From positions 60,001 through 122,000 of the forward strand of contig NW_008806284.1 of assembly GCF_000400465.1 (NCBI RefSeq): DNA of 62,000 nt, written 5' to 3'. A program made the translations under genes and the position numbers. The notes beneath the pieces were generated by a model. That model was given only the letters and a program-made list of their open reading frames with translations. It was not told where the DNA came from and made no database searches. How positions within the stretch are numbered: the first letter of the stretch is position 1; each line of letters begins with the position of its first letter. This document shows, one piece after another, positions 1 to 9,284 of the stretch. The stretch is from Wallemia ichthyophaga EXF-994. Its lineage: Eukaryota; Fungi; Basidiomycota.

Positions 1-680
1 TCCCCATTTGTCTACATGGTGCATTGAGTACGCGGTGATATTGTGTTCTTTCAGCAGACGCTTTTCGCCATCATCCACATCGCGTAGACCTATATACACG
101 AGACGTGAAGGGTGCAGCTGCGACTTGATCCAGCTGAATTCGGGTATATCTCCGGCAATGCCGAGCAAGAAAGATAGCTGATAAGTAAGTGGGTTAGTTG
201 AGACGTCGCACGCATTCCGCACTTATCACTCACTGGACAACCATGCAAATTACCCGTTTCTGTTGTCTCGGGTGTATTCAAGTCGGCATGAGCATCCACC
301 CACACAACACACAGTTCTGGATGAGCGCTTAAGCTGCCCGAAATGGTCCCCATGGCTAGGCTGTGGTCCCCACCCAGTGTCACAGGAAGCTTGCCTGCTT
401 GGGCGTGTTTCTTTACCTCCTGGTACACTTTCTCAGTAGCCGCGCTGACTGTTCGTGGATACTTGAGCTTGCCGATGTCCGTATCATTCTCGAGCACGCT
501 AAATCCGCTATGATCCTCTATGGCGTCGACTGATAGTCCGAGTGTCTCCACCTGCTGCGCGAGGCCGTGCTTTATCAACTGCACAGGCCCAGTCTCCGTG
601 CCACGCTTAGGCTGTCCGTGACTAAATGGCGCATTAACGAATGCTACTTGTGGTTTTACGAATTTAAAAGGAGTGGACAT
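1..680 (-). CDS. CAR1: Arginase, 3' end runs off the window start
   Basis: Arginase motifs GGDHSLAMG, WVDAHADLNT and GNLHGCP. After an intron at ~178-235 the frame resumes LSFLLG...VYIGLRDVD. Confidence 0.95.
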
Positions 681-764
681 GGCGGTTAGTGATGAACAGG
701 CGTATCGCGTGTTATCAATGATAAAATAAATTAAAAGTACAAAAGAAGAGCGAGACTAATCAAA

Positions 765-3546
765 TCACTCCTCTTCATCATGCTGGTCATCACGCTTGAA
801 CAGATCGAGCATCTCATTCAATCCAAGCTTGTTAGACACCGCCTTGCCGCTGAGTGCTGCCTCGGCCAGTTCGCGCTTTTTCTTTTGAAGCTCGAGTATA
901 CGATCTTCTACAGTCTGCACCACCGTTAATTTGTATATATGCACTTCGCGTTTCTGTCCGAGACGGTGGGCTCTGTCGAAAGCTTGGTCTTCGAGCGCAG
1001 GATTCCACCACATGTCAGACAAAATGACGCGCGAACATATATTCAGATTAAGCCCTGTCGATCCGGCTTTGAAGGATATCAGTATGACTGATGGTGTGTT
1101 AGAGAATCAACTTTTGCACTCAAGCATAAGCGTAAGCATATGCCCTAGCATTGGCACTCCCACCTGTTGTCTTATCATCCGACTTTATCTGATTAAGCAC
1201 AGCCTCGCGTTCGATTGGATTCATAGATCCATCGTATCTTACGTACTTGTAGCCAGCTGCTTTGACGAAGCTTTCAATGATATCGAGGAATGTGACGAAT
1301 TGTGAGAATATGATGGTTTTCTCTGGGGTATTCGTGATTTTGTGGCTGCTATTTTTGTCCTTGTGATTCTTGTGATTCTTTTGATCCTTATGACCGCTCT
1401 TGTTGTCCTTCTTTTCAGTGTCCTTTCTCAATTTCGCTTCCTTCCTTTCCTGCTCCCGATCGTCATCACTTTCACTGAGCACAATCTGCTGACTCTTTTT
1501 CTTCAGGATTGATTTCTTGCTTTTACTCTTCTCGCTTTTCTCGTTCTTCTCAACGCGCTTTCTGTCATCGTCATCCGCCTTTTTTATGTCCATCGACGCT
1601 GTACGCTTGATAATTGTGTCAAGATCGTCATTTTCGCTGCTACTGATATCTATAGCTTTAGACGGGAGGCCAGCCGGATCGAGGCGCGTTTGAGGGGTGT
1701 GTGGAGTGTACGAATCTGTCTGTGTCTGTGTCTTCTGTTGTGATCGCCCTTTGGTGTTTGGTTTAATAGCAGTGCTAGTAGAAGCTGCAGCAACATCAGT
1801 AGCGCTATGCACCTCTTCCAAAATACGCATAATAGCTCTAATCTTTGCACTCTCCACCAACCCCGTCGCATCACCCGACTTATCAACTCCACTACTCCCT
1901 ACTACCTTCGCTTTTCCCTTGTCGATCTGTAGATCCTCATCGACATGCTTCTTCTCACCTACACCTAACCCAGTGAAAAGATCCGCGAGCTCATCCGCCT
2001 CTTTCTCATCCTCCTCTTCCTCCACTTTACCTGGCTGTTGTGACCGCATAGCCGGTTCGTTAGCGACAAAGTCATCCTTGCTGTAAGCGCGCGTGACGAG
2101 ATGTGGATGACAGCAAGCCTGTCTCAAACGGAGCAACAGAGTTAAGACGCTAGTGTACCTGCTATTAATAGCGCCCTCTGTCACGAACTTGCTGATAGTT
2201 TGCTGAGCGCGATCGTGAACGTTATCGTAGAATCTGCGCTCCTCCTCATCGAACAAGCACGCAACATCCGTAACATGCTTCGGGGGTAGTGTGATAAGCG
2301 CCGATCCGTCCTCATTCAAGGTGTTCTTTGTACGTCGCAGCATAACCAATTTGAGAATCAGCTGTAAACGCGCTATCGCCACTTTGACACGGCCACTTTT
2401 CATAGGCGTGCTAATGCGCGTCTTGAACTCGTCATAATGACGAAAAGGCTCTATGCGCAGGAAACGTAGCAACGCATAGAGCTCGTCGACGTTGTTCTGG
2501 ATGGGCGTACCCGTCAGACACCATCTGTAGCATGCAGATAGCCCCGCACATGCTATGCTCGTCTTACTCGTCCGGTTCTTGATGTTCTGTGCTTCGTCGA
2601 GCACAACGCGTTGGAAATTGCCCTCAAAAAGGGCGCAAAGAGGCTTCTTCTGCTTGCCAGTTTTACCCGTTTTGCTTTTGGTACCGCTACTGCTCTTACT
2701 TTTGCTGCCACCTGGCTCCTCACTCTCGTACACGCGGTGCTCAGATGACACCGTCTGGTAGCTCGTTACGACGACATCGTAATTGGCAAAGGCAGCAGCG
2801 TCGCGCGTGCGTGCTGCGCCGTGGTGTGTGAGTACGCGCACGCCGTCGCACTTACTTTTGGCCTCCGTCTCCCACTGCGCCACCACAGCTAGAGGTGCTA
2901 CGATGAGGGTAGTTTTGGACCACTCACGTACAACTTGCTTATCAGAGCTATTGGAGAGGATGAGTGCGAGAGTCTGGACAGTTTTCCCAAGTCCCATCTT
3001 AACGCTGTCAGAGTGAGCGAGTTGGATGTAAAACGCGCAACTCACATCATCAGCTAGAATACCGCCATGCTTATTAGATACGCCACTCTCGCGGTCGCGC
3101 ATCCAAGCTACACCGGCTATCTGGTGCTGGAGAAGGGTGATGTCGGGCATTCCAGGGATAGTTGCGGTGGATGGGAGATCAACATCGTCGTAATCAGCAG
3201 TCACGCCTGAAATGAGCTCGTTGAGGTGTTTGTTCGCCTCGCTGGAAGTCGTCGCCGTCGTCGTGTCTGAGGATGACGGCGTATCTTCTCGCGGGAGCGG
3301 CGTGACTGGGGGCAAGGAAACACTTGCTAGTGGGGGTGGCGATACCTGGTGGACTGCTACACGTGATGCCAATGGTTGTGGCGGGCGGGCGTAAAGGTTC
3401 TTGGATACAGGCGCTGCCCAGCCATTAGGTGCACGCTGTGGTATGCCGTATGTAGGTGGTGGTAGACCTGCTGGACGTGTACTCTGTGTACCTTGTGTGT
3501 TGTGTGTTTTGTGTGCACCGCGTGCGCCCTGGTTACCAGTATACAT
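765..3546 (-). CDS. SNF2-family helicase (Rad5/Rad16/Ris1-like clade), no recognisable RING
   Basis: GGILADD..MGLGKT, VVLDEAQNIKN, WCLTGTPIQN, LLRLRQACCHP, IIFSQF. After an intron at ~1082-1154 the frame continues LISFKAGSTGLNL..DMWWNP..QAFDRAHRLGQ. Confidence 0.92.
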
Positions 3547-3653
3547 GACAGTATCTACTTAAAGACAAAGACACTACCCTGAAAACAAAGCAAATGTGAA
3601 ATAAATTTGTATCAACACGCTCATGACATTCAGATTCATACAAAAAGTATAGC

Positions 3654-4464
3654 TTAAGCCTCGCGAGTTTGTTGAGTACCACGTAACAAACCGGTACGTC
3701 TGGCAGCAATAAGACCAGCCTTTTGACCAGAAGGAGCATCTCTGGCGATGGTAGAGGCGTGACCAATGTGTTGGTGGTTACCACCACCGTGAGGGTGGTC
3801 TACTGGGTTCATGGCAACACCACGAGTACGTGGCCAGCAGTTTCTCTTGACCTTGAACTTGTGGTGAGCGGCACCAGCCTTGAGGAGAGGCTTGTCAATA
3901 CGACCACCACCAGCGACAATACCAATTGAAGCTCTGGATGAACCGACGACAGCCTTCTTAGCACCGGATGGAAGACGGATTCTAGTCTTACCGTCGACCT
4001 CAGAGTGACCGATGATGGTGGCGTAGTTGCCTGAAGCTCTAGCCAATGCACCTCTGTCACCAGACTTCTCCTCAATGTTGCAGATGATGGTACCTTCTGG
4101 CATTTGGGAGACAGGCAAAACGTTACCGACGGCGAGAGCAGCCTTCTTACCGCAGTAGACGAAAGCACCGGTGTAGAGACCTTCGGTAGCGATGAAGGTC
4201 TCGGTACGGAGCTTGTAGCGGTATTGGTCACGGAAAACGACACGAGCCAAAGGAGCACCACGGCCAGCGTCGTGGATGATCTCCTTGACTATACCACGGA
4301 TGTAGCCGTTACGCTCAGCATAGTCGTAAGTACGGAGCTGGGCTGGGGCCTTGTTGTGGTGGGTGTGAGACTGGAAAATACCACCGTTTTTACGCTGCGA
4401 TCTGATGACTCTACCCCTGTTTAAATTGTGAGAATATGTTAGGGCGCCTGAATAAATTTTACAT
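3654..4464 (-). CDS. RPL2: 60S ribosomal protein uL2 (L2/L8)
   Basis: [10 protein letters not shown]...[21 protein letters not shown]. The start codon is split AT|G by a 46-nt intron (4417-4462). Confidence 0.97.
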
Positions 4465-4627
4465 TTCGTCGACGCTGTGGCTTGAAGCTAAGAGAGAAGG
4501 ATTTTTTAGAGAAGGATAAAAACTGAAAAAATTGAAGGTAAAAAGAGTGAATGGAGAGAGATATAAAAATGAATACAGATACCCATAATAGCCAGCTAAT
4601 TGAGTTGAATATGCGTGTGCGTCATGG

Positions 4628-5225
4628 TTAGTATGGCGTAATCACACCGTTAGAGCTGTTGTGGATATGTGAGTGGTTGTACACTACCAGCACTCCCACC
4701 CACCCTCTCATTGGACCTTGTTCAAATTGAATATTGATTTCTTCAACCAATGGCAATTTATTTGGTGATCTTGCGTAGAGAACGATATTCCCGTCGTTGC
4801 TATGGTATTAGTAGGTGGCTGATTGGAATAAATAGTACTCCCGCGCACCTCATCGTTGGCTGCTGCGTTGAAACTAGATTAGCTTCCTCAATCCCAGGAA
4901 GACGTGGTTTGGCGCCTGTCTGACGACGATGACGCGAGATTGTAAGTGGGTTGCTTTGGACGTATCAATTGAGTTTCATCTCTTCCAATTGCCTCCCATC
5001 TCCGCCCATCAACCCAGAAATGGCGATATCAAGAGATGGAAATGAAGCACTTACACGTCGTAGTTGAGTGAATGCGTTGAGGGCGTTGCGGGCATAGAGT
5101 TTAAACCACTCGTGGTAATATGTGCAGCTGCTGCGATTGCTGGAGGTGTGTCAAGTGGTGTGATGTGAGATGTGTGTGTGTGAGTGTTATCAGTACCCAC
5201 CGATAAAGGGGATCAAGGAGAACAT
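4628..5225 (-). CDS. Predicted small secreted orphan protein, 112 aa, 5 exons (absent from ORF track)
   Basis: Exons 5225-5201, 5139-5055, 4953-4849, 4799-4704 and 4655-4628 join in frame through four GT-AG introns (61, 101, 49, 48 nt). Hydrophobic N-terminus MFSLIPFIAIAAAA. The intron 2 acceptor is the least certain boundary. Confidence 0.6.
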
Positions 5226-5307
5226 CGATGTAGCTGATAAAGAAGGAATTTAAATAAAGAAATCAATTTATCAACTTTACATAGACGACGGGGGTGTCTA
5301 GATTGAG

Positions 5308-6498
5308 ATGCTCACAACCATGACGGGGGATCTCAATAGGATCTACAATACGCATAAATCTAAATCAAATGAGAATAAACTCAATAAATACAAAATACTT
5401 GGTTTCTTGTCCTCCGGGACTTACGGGAAGGTGTTCAAGGCAGAGGCTGTAGATGACGCTAATAAGGTCTACGCGATTAAAAAGTTTAAACCTGATAATC
5501 AGTTGTTCATGGGAATATCTCAGTCTGCTATTCGAGAAATCAGCTTGAATAGCGAGATTAACAGCGAAAATTTGGCAAAGTTAGTCGAAGTGCTGCTCAT
5601 GGATGGAGCTATCTACATGATATTCGAATACGCAGAGCATGATTTACTACAAATCATTTATCATCACTCTCAAATTGTTAGAAATGATATTGATCCACTC
5701 GTACTGAAATCATTCCTTTACCAGCTAACAAATGGTGTACACTACTTGCACTCAAACTTTATCATCCACAGAGACCTCAAGCCTGCCAATATCCTCGTCA
5801 CAAACACTGGGGTTGTTAAGGTTGGTGATTTGGGTTTAGCTAGGGTGTTTAAGGCTCCCCTACAGCCACTCTACAACGGCGACAAAGTCGTTGTTACTAT
5901 TTGGTACAGATCCCCCGAGCTTCTCCTAGGCACACGTCACTATACGCCTGCCATTGATATTTGGGCTATTGGCTGCATATACGCTGAAATGCTATCTTTA
6001 CGTCCATTATTCAAAGGTGATGAAGTCAGGCTGGATAACAAGAAATTGCCCTTCCAATCGCATCAAATGATCTGCATTATGGACTTGCTAGGTTTCCCAA
6101 ACACGACTAGATACCCAGACATAAAAAACCTGCCTGACTACAACGAGTTGATGCAATTCAATCCCCAACAATTCTCCTATAAACTCAATCACTGGTTTGC
6201 ACAGCGATCCAACTCACTCCAAGGATTCGATCTGCTTGATAAGATGTTACAGTATGACCCGACACAGCGACTGAGCGCCAAAGACGCGCTCAACCATCCA
6301 TTCTTCACCACCGAACAACCCCAACCTCTTTCAGCCCCACTTGCAACACACAGCGAGAATATCTACCCAACGCGGCGCGTCACACACGACGGCGAGCTCG
6401 ATGGGCTTAGTAGCCAGCACAGTGGTGTCTCGGGCGCAGGCGCAGGAGGTGGAAGTGCGCAGAGTGGTCCATCACGCAAGCGAAGTCGGTTAGTGTAA
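5308..6498 (+). CDS. SSN3: Mediator kinase CDK8/Srb10
   Basis: Intact ORF with SSGTYGKV, GISQSAIRE, HRDLKPAN, DLGLAR and the CDK8-typical LYNGDKVVVTIWYR. Confidence 0.93.
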   Translation: MLTTMTGDLNRIYNTHKSKSNENKLNKYKILGFLSSGTYGKVFKAEAVDDANKVYAIKKFKPDNQLFMGISQSAIREISLNSEINSENLAKLVEVLLMDGAIYMIFEYAEHDLLQIIYHHSQIVRNDIDPLVLKSFLYQLTNGVHYLHSNFIIHRDLKPANILVTNTGVVKVGDLGLARVFKAPLQPLYNGDKVVVTIWYRSPELLLGTRHYTPAIDIWAIGCIYAEMLSLRPLFKGDEVRLDNKKLPFQSHQMICIMDLLGFPNTTRYPDIKNLPDYNELMQFNPQQFSYKLNHWFAQRSNSLQGFDLLDKMLQYDPTQRLSAKDALNHPFFTTEQPQPLSAPLATHSENIYPTRRVTHDGELDGLSSQHSGVSGAGAGGGSAQSGPSRKRSRLV

Positions 6499-6532
6499 TA
6501 AAGTGTATTTTAATATGACCACATGATATATC

Positions 6533-7459
6533 TTGATCTTCACCACCACCACACGCTGCACACAACTCAAACGCATGTCGAACAACCCCGTCTACACATA
6601 TCACGAAAAACAGCACTTCAATCTCGGTGGTAACTCGCGTAAGCGTAAGATCGGGATTGAGTCGCTGCGCCGATTCGACCATTGTGCGCTATGCCTCGGC
6701 GTAGCACGCGAGGCGACGAGTACCCCGAGGGGAATTATATACTGTAAAGAGTGCATATATGCGGATCTGTTAGCGCAAAAGCAGGAGATAAAGGCTGCGA
6801 AAACCACCCTGAAGCAGCTCAAGCAGGCGCAGAAGGATGGTTCAGCAAGACGAGCAGAAATTAGCAAACAGGGAAATGTGGAGAGGTTCGATAAGGCGCA
6901 GAAGCTGGGTGGGGACAATTCACAATCTCAATCGCAATCGCAACCAAACTCAAGCTCACAATCTCACCCCACTCTACCCAGCTTTTGGCTGTCTTCTCTC
7001 CAGCCTAACATCAGCGATGAGCAGAATATTGCTGATCGGATACGCGCGTTAGAGGCCCAGAAGATGGTGACTCTCTGTCGACAGGCTACCCCTCCTCATC
7101 CACTCACACTCAAGGATCTCACGCCTGTCAAGATTAAGTACACTGACAGCGCACGCGATGTTGCTGTGTGCAGTGGATGCAATAGGACACTTAACAATTC
7201 AACTAGAATGCTTCTCACTAAATCTTGTCATAATCTTCTCTGCGGCTATTGCATAGACACTCTCTACACACCATCGCAGCAGTGCCCTGTATGCGATGAA
7301 AAGGTTGATACAAATCCAGACGATTTGATTAGGATATCCGTTGAAGGTTGGCTATTTCATTTGATTCTATTCACTCACTCACACCTTCCAGGCACCGGTT
7401 TCGCTGGTGGTGGCGGTGTTATGCTCAAGAAGAGAACAGGAACACTCGGGCTCAATTAG
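6533..7459 (+). CDS. NOSIP: NOSIP-like U-box/RING protein (exact start uncertain)
   Basis: YTYHEK..FDHCALCL..GIIYCKECIYADLLAQK, a C-terminal RING CSGC..CHNLLCGYC..CPVC, and EG|TGFAGGG after an intron at ~7348-7390. Confidence 0.82.
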   Translation: MIFTTTTRCTQLKRMSNNPVYTYHEKQHFNLGGNSRKRKIGIESLRRFDHCALCLGVAREATSTPRGIIYCKECIYADLLAQKQEIKAAKTTLKQLKQAQKDGSARRAEISKQGNVERFDKAQKLGGDNSQSQSQSQPNSSSQSHPTLPSFWLSSLQPNISDEQNIADRIRALEAQKMVTLCRQATPPHPLTLKDLTPVKIKYTDSARDVAVCSGCNRTLNNSTRMLLTKSCHNLLCGYCIDTLYTPSQQCPVCDEKVDTNPDDLIRISVEGWLFHLILFTHSHLPGTGFAGGGGVMLKKRTGTLGLN

Positions 7460-7577
7460 TTTGCTAATGTGTATTATTTATATAGAGTACATTTCTCGTT
7501 GCATCGCTTTCATGTCCTGTTTTCTTGCATTAGCTAACGCGCCAACGCACCATACACACCCCAGTTACACCAGTGTA

Positions 7578-7640
7578 TCAGTAAAAGCGTTTAAAGTTTG
7601 ACTTCATGTGTTTGCAGAGATTGTTCACAATACCATCATG
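7578..7640 (-). ncRNA. Box C/D snoRNA, snR52-like copy B (25S Um2921-equivalent guide)
   Basis: C box CATGATG and D box CTGA. Guide GTGAACAATC is complementary to LSU rRNA GAUUGUUCAC, and the +5 rule from a CTGC D' box lands on the U2921 equivalent. Flanking stem cacacccca/tggggtgtg, inside intron 7517-7681. Confidence 0.8.
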
Positions 7641-7856
7641 TTGTGTGCGCTGTGGGGTGTGCTGGATGTACACAAACCCACCTCATTGTCTCATCACCAT
7701 ATTTCGTTAACGTTTACTGGAAATTCCTGTCTTGGTCGTTTGTTAGTTGGGTTCAAAACGTCCCTCAGACTCCGCGACCGCTCTTCAATGTCAGCGAATA
7801 AGCGTTATAAAGAGTTGACTTCATGTGTTTGCAGAGATTGTTCACAAAACCATCAT
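7598..7856. repeat. 42-bp direct repeat (7598-7639 and 7815-7856, one mismatch) = duplicated snoRNA core
   Basis: ttgacttcatgtgtttgcagagattgttcacaa[t/a]accatcat occurs twice, 217 nt apart. Confidence 0.95.
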
Positions 7857-7857
7857 T
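7791..7857 (-). ncRNA. Box C/D snoRNA, snR52-like copy A
   Basis: C box AATGATG, D box CTGA (7791-7794), the same GTGAACAATC guide, and flanking stem gaccgctct/agagcggtc. A GTGAGT donor lies at 7895 and a CTAAC...CAG acceptor at 7727. Confidence 0.82.
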
Positions 7858-7958
7858 CGAGAGAGCGGTCTGGATTCTGAATAAATTGTACTCACCAATT
7901 GCGTTAGTTTTGCTTCTCAGTTACACCAACTCCTTCGCTCTCCACACATGATTACATT

Positions 7959-8028
7959 TCAGTTAGAGCTAATACATTTTATCCCTCCTCTTCTCAATGA
8001 GAATCGAGTGATAATAACTTTTCATCCT
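7959..8028 (-). ncRNA. Box C/D snoRNA, U44/SNORD44-like (18S Am166-equivalent guide)
   Basis: The 3' end TGTATTAGCTCTAACTGA is a 13-nt complement of 18S UAGAGCUAAUACA followed by the D box. It matches the recalled human U44 3' end AUUAGCUCUAACUGA. C box AGGATGA and flanking stem ctccacac/gtgtggag. Confidence 0.82.
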
Positions 8029-8159
8029 TGTAAACGAGTGTGGAGTCGTCGAAGAAAGTGATAAAGCAATGGTAAAACTAACTTACATCTTCATCCTAAA
8101 AACGATAATTAGCAAGAACACTAATAATAACACCACGCAAGACACCATCACAAACACCC

Positions 8160-8255
8160 TCAGAGAGAAGATTTATCCCTGATAATGTCGGTCATCAATC
8201 CGCGAGTGATGAATCACACCAGAAATCCCCACAAGAATGAATAGCGATTATCATC
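8160..8255 (-). ncRNA. Box C/D snoRNA, mgU6-47/SNORD7-like (U6 snRNA Am47 guide)
   Basis: The 3' end AATCTTCTCT-CTGA is complementary to U6 AGAGAAGAUU, and +5 gives A47. C box candidate GATGATA, internal TTGATGA as C'. Flanking stem cacgc.agacacca/tggtgtct.gcgtg inside intron 8096-8307. Confidence 0.8.
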
Positions 8256-8314
8256 TTGGAGTGAGACTAGCGAGTGGTGTCTAGCGTGAGGTGTGAATTG
8301 CACTCACATTGCAA

Positions 8315-9233
8315 CTAGACATCTTTCACGATTGGTGAGTTGTAACGCTGTGCGTAGCCAGTCCAGCTTTCATCGTAAATGGAGCTATGACCTCCAATAA
8401 CTTCCAGGGCAAGAGCTACGATCGCGGCTGTCATCCCTGAGCCGCAACTAGTAATGACATCTTTCTTCCCTTCGAGGACCATATCCAGCTGCTGCTTTCC
8501 GAGTGTATTTTCAAACACCGCACGAAGCTCTTCAGGGCTCTTAAGCTGGCCATCCTGAAGCAATTGGGGAAAAGCGAGCGAGAGAGCACCAGGCATATGA
8601 CCCGACGACAGGCCCTGTCTGGGTTCAGGCGCCGCGCCCGCAAAGCGAGGCTGCGGACGAGCATCGAGTATGACGCTATCTTTACGCTCAATGGTGTTGA
8701 GAATATCTATGTGGTCCTTGATAAAGTTCTTCTCCAGTGTAGGTACGGGGTACTCTGAGCGTTGGGAAACATACTCTCCCGACTCTACAGGTAAACCTTC
8801 CCTCTCATAGGCTGGGAGACCACCGTCGAGGACAGCGACATTTGGATGACCCATTGCGCGAAAGGTGAAAGCAGCGCGTGGAGCGCTAAAAACACCGACT
8901 GTGTCATAGAGGAGGACTTGAGAGTTGCGCTCAATTCCCAATTGGGAACACGCTGATGCAAAAATTGCAGGTGAGGGGAGCATATGACCGACAAAGCCAT
9001 CTGGGTGGTTCGAAGCAATTTTGTCGAGATCCCAACGCCTTGCTTGAGGGAGGTGCTTGGAGAGGTACTCGTCGTTTGGGTTGCGCGCGCTGTTAGGCAT
9101 GTGCCACGAAGCATCCTGGCAGAGATGAGCGTGAGCAAGAGCAGAGACCATCTCAGCTGCTCAGCTTGCTCACCAACGCAATGAAGTGCTTGAGGTCGCG
9201 CAGCTGGCGTGCTTTGACAATTCTCGTAGTCAT
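8315..9233 (-). CDS. TUM1: Thiosulfate/3-mercaptopyruvate sulfurtransferase (tandem rhodanese)
   Basis: DASWHMP, GHMPGA, active-site loop TSCGSGMTA and YDESWTGY. The first exon MTTRIVKARQL... joins after a ~57-nt intron. Confidence 0.93.
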
Positions 9234-9284
9234 CGTCGTTGCAGTTCAAGAAGCTTTTCTTGATTTTCTGTCAAATAACTTGAA
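9234..9284. promoter_or_regulatory. 51-nt gap between divergent TUM1 and SGT2 start codons (presumed bidirectional promoter)
   Basis: ATG at 9233 (-) and ATG at 9285 (+). Confidence 0.6.

Noticed and set aside
7598-7880. Track ORFs 7598-7801 and 7608-7880, and the repeat as a CRISPR array or TE end
   Set aside because: There are only two repeat copies in a eukaryote. C/D boxes, rRNA complementarity and flanking stems explain them fully.
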